This document shows, one piece after another, positions 1 to 8,657 of a stretch of 32,000 nucleotides of DNA. Made by a program: the position numbers and the translations under genes. Below the pieces are notes generated by a model that had not been told where the DNA came from, searched no databases, and worked only from the letters and a program-made list of their open reading frames with translations. Origin of the DNA: Candidatus Electronema halotolerans (GTDB lineage: Bacteria; Desulfobacterota; Desulfobulbia; Desulfobulbales; Desulfobulbaceae); assembly GCA_942493095.1 (NCBI GenBank), contig OW818675.1, positions 1,350,001-1,382,000 of the forward strand. Reading direction: 5' to 3'. Position 1 is the stretch's first letter; each line of letters starts with the position of its first letter.

Positions 1-600
1 CGGATCGTTCATCCAGTTCTTTTCCGGAAATCGCCGCATCGGATTGTTGTCTCCCTTACGGTCTTCCGCATGCAGCCTGTTGTGTGCAGCTTGACTCATC
101 ACTTCAAGATTTGCTGGATCGTTGTTCAATCCATTGTAATCACAATGATGAACTACTTCGTTTTGCCCCAAATTCCTGCCAGTCTGTTGTCGATGGTGGA
201 AATTGGCTATCAGTCGATGTTCAATTTGCCATTTTGGTTTATCTGTTGTAGATAACCAACGATAATATTGAGAAGAATTTTTCTTGAACTGAGCTTCACG
301 TCTGGTCATCAGGCTCAGACTATCACCATGCAGCAGGTCTTTTGCCTCTTTGACACTGCCGTCAGAAAGCACGAAACGATGATTTTCCGTCACTCTCACG
401 CTGTTGCCATCATCAAGGGTGACTTTCACAAGCTGTTTGCCATACCCGGTGATGCGTGGATTGCGCATCATCCGCACTGAAGCACCGCCTTTGCTGTTGC
501 GGCAGAAGACTGGCACATCCTTTCCCTCTTCAGCAAGTTCACGGATGCTTACTGCTCCTCGGCCATCAGCTACGGCAACAAGTGTTTCACCGGCCAGACA
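1..600 (-). mobile_element. Intein (N-terminal Hint blocks plus HNH homing-endonuclease domain) inserted in nrdJ; C-terminal splice junction lies outside the window
   Basis: After ..EFEATNP (Cys codon at 598-600) the frame reads CLAGETLVAVADG (block A), VTENHRFVL (block B, TxxH), then VVHHCDYNGLNNDPANLEVMSQAAHNRLH (HNH motif). Canonical NrdJ continues TNPCGEQ at this point. Confidence 0.8.
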
Positions 601-1434
601 AGGATTCGTGGCCTCAAATTCGCCAAGTTGCGGCGTGGCATTCGCCCGATTGGCCGCGTCTATGAACAGAACACCTGGCTCGCCGTTGTGCCATGCCAGA
701 TCAACAATCTTGTCAAAAACCTTGGCTGCGTTCATCCGGCAGACTGTTTTGCGGTTGGAAGGGTCAATCAGATCGTATTCCTGATTGTTTCTCGCCGCTT
801 CCATGAACTTGTCCGTGACTGCCACAGAGAAGTTGAAATTGGTGAACTTGCTCTGATCCTGCTTGGCCGTGATGAAGTCCATGATGTCAGGATGATCGAC
901 CCGCAGGATGCCCATGTTGGCCCCGCGCCGCTTGCCGCCCTGTTTGATGGTCTCTGTGGCTGCGTCAAAGACCGCCGCAAAACTGAGCGGCCCGGAAGCC
1001 ACGCCTTGCGTCGAGCGCACTGCTGAATTTTTCGGACGCAGCCGGGAGAAGGAATAGCCAGTGCCGCCGCCGGTCTTATGCACCAGCGCGCCATGATGGA
1101 TGGAGGTGAAGATGCCGTCCATCGAATCCTCGACCGGCAGGACAAAGCAGGCCGAGAGCTGGCCAAGATCAGTGCCCGCGTTCATCAGGCAGGGCGAGTT
1201 GGGGAGAAAATCAAGATGATAGATCATGCGGAAGAACTGCTCGCGCAGCGTCTCGTAGTCTTCCATGCCGCTGTCCACACCCGCGACCGCATCCGCCACC
1301 CGGCGGCAGAGCGATTCCCAGTTTTCCAGCACATTGCCCTGTCCATCCTTGAGGTAGTAGCGGCGGCTCAGTACGGTCTCAGCGGTCTCTGTCAGGAGCT
1401 GTCTGGCAATGCTCCTTGTCATGTCTTTCCCCAT
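1..1434 (-). CDS. nrdJ: Class II (adenosylcobalamin-dependent) ribonucleotide reductase, N-terminal extein plus start of an intein; 3' end runs off the left edge
   Basis: Not in the ORF track because the stop lies outside the window. My reverse-strand translation from ATG 1434 (or in-frame ATG 1422) reads (MGKD)MTRSIARQLL..RRYYLKDGQGNVLENWESLCRRVA..LPNSPCLMNAG..SACFVLPVEDSMDGIF..KTGGGTGYSFSRLRPKNS..ASGPLSFAAVFD..IKQGGKRRGANMGILRVDHPDI..FNFSVAVTDKF..WHNGEPGVLFID..EATNP. These are typical RNR large-subunit core motifs. The frame stays open to position 1. Confidence 0.85.
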   Translation of the reverse strand, partial: MGKDMTRSIARQLLTETAETVLSRRYYLKDGQGNVLENWESLCRRVADAVAGVDSGMEDYETLREQFFRMIYHLDFLPNSPCLMNAGTDLGQLSACFVLPVEDSMDGIFTSIHHGALVHKTGGGTGYSFSRLRPKNSAVRSTQGVASGPLSFAAVFDAATETIKQGGKRRGANMGILRVDHPDIMDFITAKQDQSKFTNFNFSVAVTDKFMEAARNNQEYDLIDPSNRKTVCRMNAAKVFDKIVDLAWHNGEPGVLFIDAANRANATPQLGEFEATNPCLAGETLVAVADGRGAVSIRELAEEGKDVPVFCRNSKGGASVRMMRNPRITGYGKQLVKVTLDDGNSVRVTENHRFVLSDGSVKEAKDLLHGDSLSLMTRREAQFKKNSSQYYRWLSTTDKPKWQIEHRLIANFHHRQQTGRNLGQNEVVHHCDYNGLNNDPANLEVMSQAAHNRLHAEDRKGDNNPMRRFPEKNWMNDP

Positions 1435-1872
1435 TTTTTTCCCTTTTTGAGCTGTGATCAACAATTGGCTTCAGCGATTGTCCGGCTTGGCGGAACAATG
1501 AAGGCGGGCCTCTTTTCAGAGAAGTGTGGAATCCTTATAACCCAATATGTTGTACTTGCTCAAGCGAAAAATATGCTACCGGTTGTATTTTTTGCTTTCC
1601 AACAAGAAAACGCCTTTTTTCGCGCCGTTCAGAAAACCCGGCCTTTGTCAATCGTGTTTGAGGGCGAAAAATGCCGTTCTGAGCAAAATAGCCTGCCTGC
1701 AGAAAAGCGGGCCGAAATGGCGCGGCAGGGCAAAAATGCTGTTGACAGGCAGCCTTCTCTATGAAATGATGGCAGAGAGAAGGTTGCGATTTTTCCACCG
1801 CACAGCCTGCCGCTGCTGAAAAGGCGGGCAGGTTGTTCGTTTCTGCTGAATTTTTTCTGTCAGGCTGAAATC

Positions 1873-2850
1873 ATGCGTTGTCCCAAATGCAACTACATCT
1901 CCTTTGACGAGATGGAGATATGCGGCGGCTGCAAAAAAAATATTTCCAAGTATTCAAAGGTGCTGCATGGAGTGATCTTCAAAGCGGAAACACCTGATTT
2001 TCTCTGGCTGCAAAAACCGGAAGAAGCGCCGGAGGAGGAGGAGGTTGAGACAGCAGAGGCGGAAGAAGAGGAAATTGCCGGGCCGGAAGAGGATGACGCT
2101 GGCCTTGATATGGGATTGGAAGCGGCTGAGGTGGATGACACCGTGGAATTCGCTGCGGATGGGACAGATGAGATGGAGCTTGATCTTGACAGCCCAGCCG
2201 CTGATGAAGAGCCGCAGGAAATAGAGTTTGACTTGGAAGCTGATGCGGCAGACAGCAAAGAACAGAAAAAACCGCAGGAAATGGAACTTGAGCTGCCGCA
2301 GGAGGATGAATCTCCTGAACTTGATTTTTCCCTTGACAGCGGCGGCGCAGAGGCTGATGAGCAGGAGCTGCCGGAACTGTCCATGGATGGGCTTGATGAC
2401 TTGGATATGCAGCTTGACGATGCGTCTTCTTCTCTTTCCTTGAAAAAGGAAACGTCTTCTGCGCCGAAAAAAGCTCCGCCGAAGCAGGAAAAAGCGGCTG
2501 CCGCACCAGAAGCTTCCTTGGATTTGGATGAATTTGATCTTTCCGGCCTGATGCCGCCTTCTGGCGGACAAGATGAGCATATTGAAGACCTCGGCGGCCT
2601 GAGTCTGGAAAGCGCGGAAAGTGCTGATGCTGGAAAGGGCCGGAAAAAAGACAAGAAGCCTGATGGAGAACAGGAGTTTGACATGCTCTCAGACTTGTCA
2701 ATTGACGGACTTGATCTTGATGCGCCGATTCTGCCGCCTGCCAGCAGCGCAGCAGGTAAAAAAATGCGGCCCGCTGCCAAGACCGGCACGGCTCTTGACA
2801 GTTTCGACATAGATATTGGCGACTTGCTTGGCGGGAGTGAAAAAAAATAA
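1873..2850 (+). CDS. N-terminal zinc-ribbon protein with a long, highly acidic low-complexity tail
   Basis: 325-aa ORF. N-terminus MRCPKCNYISFDEMEICGGCKK has CxxC..CxxC. The rest is D/E-rich with recurring LDL/FDL motifs (ELDLDS, EFDLEAD, LDFSLDS, LDLDEFDLSGL, FDIDIGDLL). The antisense ORFs are low-complexity shadows. Confidence 0.6.
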   Translation: MRCPKCNYISFDEMEICGGCKKNISKYSKVLHGVIFKAETPDFLWLQKPEEAPEEEEVETAEAEEEEIAGPEEDDAGLDMGLEAAEVDDTVEFAADGTDEMELDLDSPAADEEPQEIEFDLEADAADSKEQKKPQEMELELPQEDESPELDFSLDSGGAEADEQELPELSMDGLDDLDMQLDDASSSLSLKKETSSAPKKAPPKQEKAAAAPEASLDLDEFDLSGLMPPSGGQDEHIEDLGGLSLESAESADAGKGRKKDKKPDGEQEFDMLSDLSIDGLDLDAPILPPASSAAGKKMRPAAKTGTALDSFDIDIGDLLGGSEKK

Positions 2851-2859
2851 ACAAAGGCC

Positions 2860-2889
2860 TTGACAGAACAGGCCAATTTAGAGTATAAA
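2860..2889 (+). promoter_or_regulatory. Sigma70-type promoter candidate for tRNA-Phe
   Basis: TTGACA (2860-2865), 18-bp spacer, TATAAA (2884-2889), about 10 bp upstream of the tRNA 5' end. Confidence 0.5.
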
Positions 2890-2899
2890 ATTGACCTAT

Positions 2900-2975
<76 letters not shown>

Positions 2976-2989
2976 GTGAATATTAAAGG

Positions 2990-3029
2990 ATTTCATGGCA
3001 GCATTGCTTCCATGAAATTCTTTTTTTTT
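2990..3029 (+). terminator. Rho-independent terminator after tRNA-Phe
   Basis: 9-bp stem ATTTCATGG / CCATGAAAT with an 11-nt loop, followed by TTCTTTTTTTTT. Confidence 0.75.
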
Positions 3030-3142
3030 CGCCATATTCTCCTGCCCCGCCCCCATTCTTGTGCGGCTGCAACTGCCTGCTCATCGCGCATGAAATATGG
3101 GTTTCCCAAAAAATACAGCATTTTCAGGTTCAGACAGAGGGC

Positions 3143-6100
3143 TTACCGCTCCCTGCCCTTGCCGCTGTTTCTCCGCCTCGCCTCCGGCCTCTGCATCTGC
3201 AAGGCCAGACACTGCGGCCCGAAAGAGGCTTGCAGCTGCTGGCAGAAGTCCGGGCAGGGCCTGACTTTCAGGTCAGGATGCGGCTCAATGTCAGCCTCGC
3301 CTCTGCCGTCAAAGTGGAGCGTGACCTTGACCGGCACCTTGCCATGAAACTGATAGAGCATATCCTTCAGCTCAGTGAGCTGCTGGCGGCTGGTGCGGGC
3401 TGCTTGAATGGTGATCACCGCTTGCGTGGCGAAGTCCTCCATTGCCTGCGTCAAGGGCATAATATCGTCAGCAATGATGTTTGCCCCGCGCTCGCTGACC
3501 TGCACCGCGCCCTGGACGATCAGCGGCTCCTCGCTGCCAAGCAGGTGGCCGCAGCGGGCAAAGGTCTCCGGGAAGACCACCACCTCAACGCTGGCCGTCA
3601 TGTCCTCGACAGCGGCAAAAGCCATCAGGTCGCCCTTCTTGGATTTATGCTCCTTGTAGCGCTGCATCAGGCCGCCGACCCGCACCACTTGGCCATCGCG
3701 CCAGTTTTCCTGCTGCTCAATGTCCGCGTTGGCAACCATGCGAATGAAGTCAATCACGCCGTCCAGCGGGTGGCCGGTGAGGAAGAAGCCGACCGTCTCC
3801 TTTTCATAAGACAACTTGGTCAGCTGCGGCCATTCCGGGACATCAGGCAGCTTGATCTCCGCCGCCGGATTGCCGCCCTGCTTTGGCCCGGCCAAGGCAA
3901 AAAGATTCATCTGGCCGCTCATCCGGTCGCGCTGCACGCTCTTGGCCTGCTCAATAACCTTGTCCAAGACCTCCATGAGCTGCGCCCGCTTGGCCTTCAG
4001 CGAATCAAAAGCTCCAGCCTTGATTAGGCTCTCCAAGACCTTGCGGTTGACCCGGCTCGAATCAATCCGTCCGCAGAAATCCATCAGTGACTTGTACAGC
4101 CCGCCCTTGCGCCGCTCCTCGATGACTGAATCCAAGGCGGCCCCGCCCACGCCTTTGACCGCAGCCAAGCCAAAACGGATCCGGTCGCGGATGACCGTGA
4201 AGTCGTGGTAGGACTCGTTGATGTCCGGCGGCAGCACCTCAATGTTCATCTGCCTGCATTCGTTGATGTACTTCACCACCTTGTCAGTGTTATCCACGTC
4301 GCAGGAGAGGAGCGCGGCCAAGAACTGGGCAGGATAGTGGGCCTTGAGATAGGCCGTGTGGTAGGCCACCAAGGCGTAGGCGGCGGAATGGGAGTTGTGG
4401 ACAATCAGGCCGTCCGCAACAAAGTTGTGATCCTCCTCCACAGTGAGGTCAAAGGTCGGCTGCTCGCCACGCGCTTCGATGGAAACGACTCTGTCCCAGA
4501 AGATGTCTGAGTCGGCCAGTGCAGCCAGTCGGCTGGAGGCGAAGAACTTTGCCAATTGGGCTAAGGTTGAGCGGCGGAAGCCCAGCTTGACGGCGGAACC
4601 GTTACCCATGAATTCCTTTATGCACAGCCCTGAGCGCGCCTCCAGCTCGCGCCACGTCAAGCCCGCCTGCTGCCGTTCTTCATCCACCCAGTTGCGCACC
4701 TCGGCAGGGATAGTGTCTTCTAAGGGCAGGCCGGGTGGCAAAATGTCAAGCTGTTCAGCCCAGCACGTGCCGTCCGGTGCGGGCAGGTGGCGCGGCGCGG
4801 CTATTCTGTCCCCAGCTTTGAGGTCGCCGAGCAGGGTCCAGCCGTCAAGAGTGCGGAAGGGGTGATTGGCGGTGGCAGTGATCTGATGCCCCTGCGCAGT
4901 CCGCAGCTCAAAGACTGGCTTTTGCCCATTGTCGATGACATCCAGCACCTTGCGCGGACGCAGCTTATAGTCCTCGCCCAGCGCATGAACCATGAAAGCA
5001 CGCGGATTGCTGTGCAGTTCGCCGAGCGTGGTCTGCTCGCCTGTCTCCGCATCAAGTATCCGGGTGGAGCCGACCAAGCACTTATTGAATCCATAAGCCG
5101 CGAACTTAGCCATCAGGTCAAAGACATACGCCGCCTTTTCCTCCGGGATGCCGTTGTTCTTGGCTCCGGCCATGAACTTGCCGCGCTCGGCCTCCATCAC
5201 CTCCGGGATCTTCTTGCCCATCGCCCGGCGGAGGATGTCCGCATCCCCAAGACTGTAGGAAGCAAGGATGTTGGAAATTTTCATCACCTGTTCCTGATAG
5301 ACGATGACCCCGTAGGTCTCCCGCAGCACCTCCTTGATCTGCGGCAGCGGGTATTCGGCAGGGCGACGGCCATGCTTGGTGTCAACAAACTGATCCACCA
5401 TGCCGGAGTCAAGCGGGCCAGGCCGGTACAGGGCGACAAGGGCGACCAAATCCGTGAACTGCTCCGGGGCCATCTTGATCAGCAGCTCGCGCATGCCGTC
5501 GCTTTCGAGCTGGAACACGCCCAAGCTGTTGCCTGCACAGAGCAGATCATACGTCTTGGGATCGTCGGTCGGCAGCTTGTTGAGCTGCACCTCCAGGCCG
5601 ATGTCCTGCTTAATCAGCTTGAGAGCGCGGTCTATCACGGTCAGGGTTTTGAGGCCGAGGAAATCGAACTTGATCAGTCCGGTCATCTCGGTGTACTTCA
5701 TGTCATACTGGGTGATGATCTCCTTTTCCGGGCCAATGCAGACTGGCAGGTACTCCACCATCGGCTTGGGCGAGATCACCACCCCGGCGGCATGGGTTGA
5801 TTTATGCCGGGCCAACCCCTCCAAGGTCTGCGCCACCTTGAGCAGCTTTTCAATCTCTGGCTGCCTCATCTCCTCGCGCAGGCGCGGCTCGTTGGCAATG
5901 GCCTTTTTCAGGGTGATCTTCAGCTCTTCCGGCACCAGCTTGGCAATCCTGTCCACCTGCGGCAGGGGAATCTCCAGCACCCGGCCCACGTCGCGCAAGA
6001 CCGCCCGCGCCTTCATCGAACCATAAGCGACAATTTGGGCCACGTGCTCGTTGCCGCCGTACTTCTGGCGCACGTAGTCTATCACCTCATCCCGCCGGTC

Positions 6101-7330
6101 TTTGCAGAAATCCACGTCAAAATCAGGCATGGAGACCCGCTCGACATTGAGGAAGCGTTCAAAGAGCAGGCCGTAGGGGATAGGGTCGATGTCGGTGATG
6201 GCCATGCAGTAGGCGGCTAGGCTGCCTGCTCCTGAGCCACGGCCTGGTCCTGTAGGGATGCCTTGACTCTTGGCCCAGTTGATGAAGTCGGCCACGATCA
6301 GGAAATAGCCCGCAAAGCCCATCTTCTGGATGACCTTGATCTCCATCTCCAGCCGCTCGCGGTACTCCGCTTCCAGTTCCGGGCCGACCTCCTGCAATTC
6401 GCGCAGCAGGGCCAGCCGCTTTTCAAGGCCGTCGCGGCAGGTGTGCTCAAACAGGCTCTCCAGCGACTCGCCTTTCGGCACCGGGAAGACAGGGAAGTGA
6501 TGTTCGCCAAACTTGAGCTGAAGGTCGCAGCGTTCCGCGACTTCCATCGTGTTGCTCAGGGCTTCCGGGCACCAGCTAAACTGACGGGCCATCACCTCTG
6601 GCGGCTTAAAATACAGCTCGTCAGTGGAGAATTTGAAGCGGCCCGGATCGCTGATCACCCTGCTGGTCTGGATGCAGAGCAGCACCTCGTGGGCGTAGGC
6701 TTCGTCCTGATTGAGGTAGTGGCAGTCATTGGTGGCCACCAGCTTGATGCCGAGGTCGTGGCCCAATTCCTGCAAGCCTGCGTTGACCCTCTTCTGCTCC
6801 GGGATGCCGTTCTCCTGCACCTCGAAATAGAGCCTGTCGCCGAAGAGCTGCTGCAATTCCAGAGCCTTTTGTCGGGCGGCATCCATGCCGCTGTGACTGA
6901 TCAGCCAGGGCACCTCGCCGTGCAGGCAGGCGGAGAGGGCAATCAGTCCTTCATGGTGGCTGGCGAGCAGCTTGCGGCTGATGCGCGGCTTGTAGTAGAA
7001 ACCCTCGGTCTGGGCGACAGAGGCCAGCTTCATCAGGTTGCGATAGCCGTCCTCGTTCATTGCCAGCAGGACGAGGTGGAAGTTGTGGCCCGCGCTCTTG
7101 TCGTGAATAGTATGGTCGGTCTCGGCAATGTACAGCTCGCAGCCGACAATCGGACGCAGGTCGGCCTTCTTGGCCTTGGTGTAGAACTCCAGTGCGCCGT
7201 ACATGGCCCCGTGATCCGTGACCGCAACGGCGTTCATGCCATATTCTTTGGTCTTCTCAATCAGGTCGTTGATGCGGATCGCACCATCGAGCATGGAATA
7301 CTGGGTATGGACGTGCAGGTGGGTGAACAT
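3143..7330 (-). CDS. dnaE: DNA polymerase III alpha subunit, interrupted by a mini-intein
   Basis: ORF 3143..7483. The start was trimmed to ATG 7330, giving the canonical PHP-domain N-terminus MFTHLHVHTQYSMLDGA. Full-length DnaE motifs follow (..GRGSGAGSLAAYCMAITDIDP.., ..FDFLGLKTL.., ..GFNK[intein]SHSAAYALVAYHTAYLKAHYP..). It is 1395 aa including the intein and about 1166 aa without it. Confidence 0.95.
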   Translation of the reverse strand: MFTHLHVHTQYSMLDGAIRINDLIEKTKEYGMNAVAVTDHGAMYGALEFYTKAKKADLRPIVGCELYIAETDHTIHDKSAGHNFHLVLLAMNEDGYRNLMKLASVAQTEGFYYKPRISRKLLASHHEGLIALSACLHGEVPWLISHSGMDAARQKALELQQLFGDRLYFEVQENGIPEQKRVNAGLQELGHDLGIKLVATNDCHYLNQDEAYAHEVLLCIQTSRVISDPGRFKFSTDELYFKPPEVMARQFSWCPEALSNTMEVAERCDLQLKFGEHHFPVFPVPKGESLESLFEHTCRDGLEKRLALLRELQEVGPELEAEYRERLEMEIKVIQKMGFAGYFLIVADFINWAKSQGIPTGPGRGSGAGSLAAYCMAITDIDPIPYGLLFERFLNVERVSMPDFDVDFCKDRRDEVIDYVRQKYGGNEHVAQIVAYGSMKARAVLRDVGRVLEIPLPQVDRIAKLVPEELKITLKKAIANEPRLREEMRQPEIEKLLKVAQTLEGLARHKSTHAAGVVISPKPMVEYLPVCIGPEKEIITQYDMKYTEMTGLIKFDFLGLKTLTVIDRALKLIKQDIGLEVQLNKLPTDDPKTYDLLCAGNSLGVFQLESDGMRELLIKMAPEQFTDLVALVALYRPGPLDSGMVDQFVDTKHGRRPAEYPLPQIKEVLRETYGVIVYQEQVMKISNILASYSLGDADILRRAMGKKIPEVMEAERGKFMAGAKNNGIPEEKAAYVFDLMAKFAAYGFNKCLVGSTRILDAETGEQTTLGELHSNPRAFMVHALGEDYKLRPRKVLDVIDNGQKPVFELRTAQGHQITATANHPFRTLDGWTLLGDLKAGDRIAAPRHLPAPDGTCWAEQLDILPPGLPLEDTIPAEVRNWVDEERQQAGLTWRELEARSGLCIKEFMGNGSAVKLGFRRSTLAQLAKFFASSRLAALADSDIFWDRVVSIEARGEQPTFDLTVEEDHNFVADGLIVHNSHSAAYALVAYHTAYLKAHYPAQFLAALLSCDVDNTDKVVKYINECRQMNIEVLPPDINESYHDFTVIRDRIRFGLAAVKGVGGAALDSVIEERRKGGLYKSLMDFCGRIDSSRVNRKVLESLIKAGAFDSLKAKRAQLMEVLDKVIEQAKSVQRDRMSGQMNLFALAGPKQGGNPAAEIKLPDVPEWPQLTKLSYEKETVGFFLTGHPLDGVIDFIRMVANADIEQQENWRDGQVVRVGGLMQRYKEHKSKKGDLMAFAAVEDMTASVEVVVFPETFARCGHLLGSEEPLIVQGAVQVSERGANIIADDIMPLTQAMEDFATQAVITIQAARTSRQQLTELKDMLYQFHGKVPVKVTLHFDGRGEADIEPHPDLKVRPCPDFCQQLQASFGPQCLALQMQRPEARRRNSGKGRER
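4394..5080 (-). mobile_element. 229-aa mini-intein in DnaE, between GFNK and SHSAAY
   Basis: Starts CLVGSTRILDAETG (block A), contains TATANHPFRT (block B, TxxH) and ends FVADGLIVHN with a +1 Ser. Removal restores the universal DnaE motif YGFNKSHSAAYA. I see no LAGLIDADG or HNH motif in the roughly 100-aa central linker. Confidence 0.85.
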
Positions 7331-7521
7331 GAGGAAAAAGAAGATAGAAAAAACTGGAGAGACAAGCGGCGGTCTCAAGAAAAACTTCTCAGATAGCCGC
7401 AGAGCAATTCCGCACAGACATGAATCTGGCAAAATCCAGCACCTGTCTTGCCACGTCATCCGGCAGGACGGCAACCTTGTCAAGACCCGGATGATTGCAT
7501 TCCGGCTTTTTAAACAAATCA

Positions 7522-7722
7522 GGTAACTACTCAGCCACTAAATAGCGACACATAGAACCGTTTAAACCACAACATATTGTGTTTTTACCTGAAAAACACG
7601 AAGAAATAAGGTGAAAAACAGGACTTCCAAGCTACCAGAAAACAAGCTTATTTTGCATAAAAATACAACATGCAGTGGTTTCAGTCGTAAATAAATCTAC
7701 ATCCGGTGGCTAAGTAGTTACC
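7522..7722. mobile_element. 201-bp MITE-like non-autonomous element nested in the 3' end of the IS481 transposase gene
   Basis: 17-bp terminal inverted repeats GGTAACTACTCAGCCAC (7522-7538) and GTGGCTAAGTAGTTACC (7706-7722), 16 of 17 complementary. Flanked by direct AAATCA at 7516-7521 and 7723-7728. AT-rich interior with no ORF. Confidence 0.7.
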
Positions 7723-8657
7723 AAATCAGGATGTGTTTTTCTCCATTTGTCAAGTGCCTCTGTCGGCGTGACATGACCGAGGTTTCTTTGAGGAATATTG
7801 AGATTATAGATAGCAAGATACTGCATTAAAGTCTCTTCAAGCTGCTGGGCGGAGTCAAAACGGGTCTGCTGAACAACTTCTTGAATCCTGCCGTTGAAGC
7901 GTTCAACCATGCCGTTTGTCTGCGGCTTTTTCGGTTTGATCAAGCGATGCTCAATACCGTGCTCCGCGCATTCCTGATCGAAGATATGGTTTCCAGTCGG
8001 CTTCCGTTCGCCTGTCGGACAGAAACGGTCAGTGAACTCCTTGCCGTTATCAGTGAGAATCTTAGAGATGAGAAAAGGAGCCTTCTTGACGAGATTCTTC
8101 AAAAAGAACGGGCTTCCTCCGCTGTCTTCGAGTCGTGAATTTCCATATAAACCCATCTGGTCGCCCTGTCAACCGCGACGAACAAATATTTCCTGCTTTC
8201 TTCATCCGGCATCTTCGGGAGGTATTTGCATGTCGGCATGAATAAAGCCCGGTTTGTAATCCTTGAATGTTTTCGCAGAGTTTTCCTGTTTGTCCTCCTT
8301 GGAGATCAGGTCTTTCAGGTTTGAAACCCCGTGCCGTCTAAGGCAGCGGTCAAGGGCGGAACGAGACATCTTAGAAAATAAAAATTTCCGCACAACAACA
8401 AGGAGATCGTCTATAGGAAGCAGCAGCGATGTCCGCAATTCAATCACAATCTCCTCTTGGAAGGCTGTGAGGCTCGTGTTCAAATTATGCGGCGTATGCG
8501 AATAATCTTCAACAGTATCGCGATGTTTCCATTTGCGGACTGTATCCCTGCTGATGCCGTATTTAGCGGCGAGCTTCCGTTCAGAGAGTGTTGACTGCTG
8601 AATTTCACGGCGAATTGCAGGGGTTGTCCGTGCTCTTTTATGCAGTGTGATGTTCAT
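7710..8657 (-). pseudogene. IS481-family DDE transposase, disrupted by two 1-nt frameshifts and C-terminally truncated by the MITE insertion
   Basis: ORF 8202..8657 carries the HTH N-terminus, ending ..KPGFIHADMQ. ORF 7710..8156 carries ..LTDNGKEF..PQTNGMVERFNG... These two ORFs share one frame. The segment between them (about 8105-8228) reads KYLPKMPDEESRKYLFVAVDRATRWVYMEIHDSKTAEEARSF only in another frame, and it holds the first catalytic Asp. Confidence 0.8.

Noticed and set aside
1536-1583. Possible NrdR boxes upstream of nrdJ (AACCCAATATGTTGTA and GCGAAAAATATGCTAC)
   Set aside because: The first box matches only about 9 of 16 positions of the ACACwAtATaTwGTGT consensus as I remember it (I did not score the second box). 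The centre-to-centre spacing is about 26 bp rather than the usual 31-32 bp.
1435-1872. Cobalamin riboswitch upstream of nrdJ
   Set aside because: I could not find a B12-box-like conserved core. NrdJ genes are not typically B12-riboswitch controlled.
3059-7396. Plus-strand ORFs 3059..4027, 4787..5800, 5400..6026, 5804..6220 and 6263..7396
   Set aside because: They lie entirely antisense to the well-supported dnaE gene and have the typical GC-rich shadow-ORF composition (Leu/Arg/Gly/His rich).
7331-7483. 51-codon N-terminal extension of the dnaE ORF (MTRLPSCRMTWQ..)
   Set aside because: The conserved PHP-domain N-terminus MFTHLHVHTQYS starts at ATG 7330. The extension has no DnaE similarity and runs into the IS terminal repeat.
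7479-7500. Outward hybrid promoter from the IS terminal repeat driving dnaE
   Set aside because: The TTGACA box is real, but the best -10 at correct spacing (GATGAC) lacks the key final T. It is mentioned only as a low-confidence idea in the IS finding.
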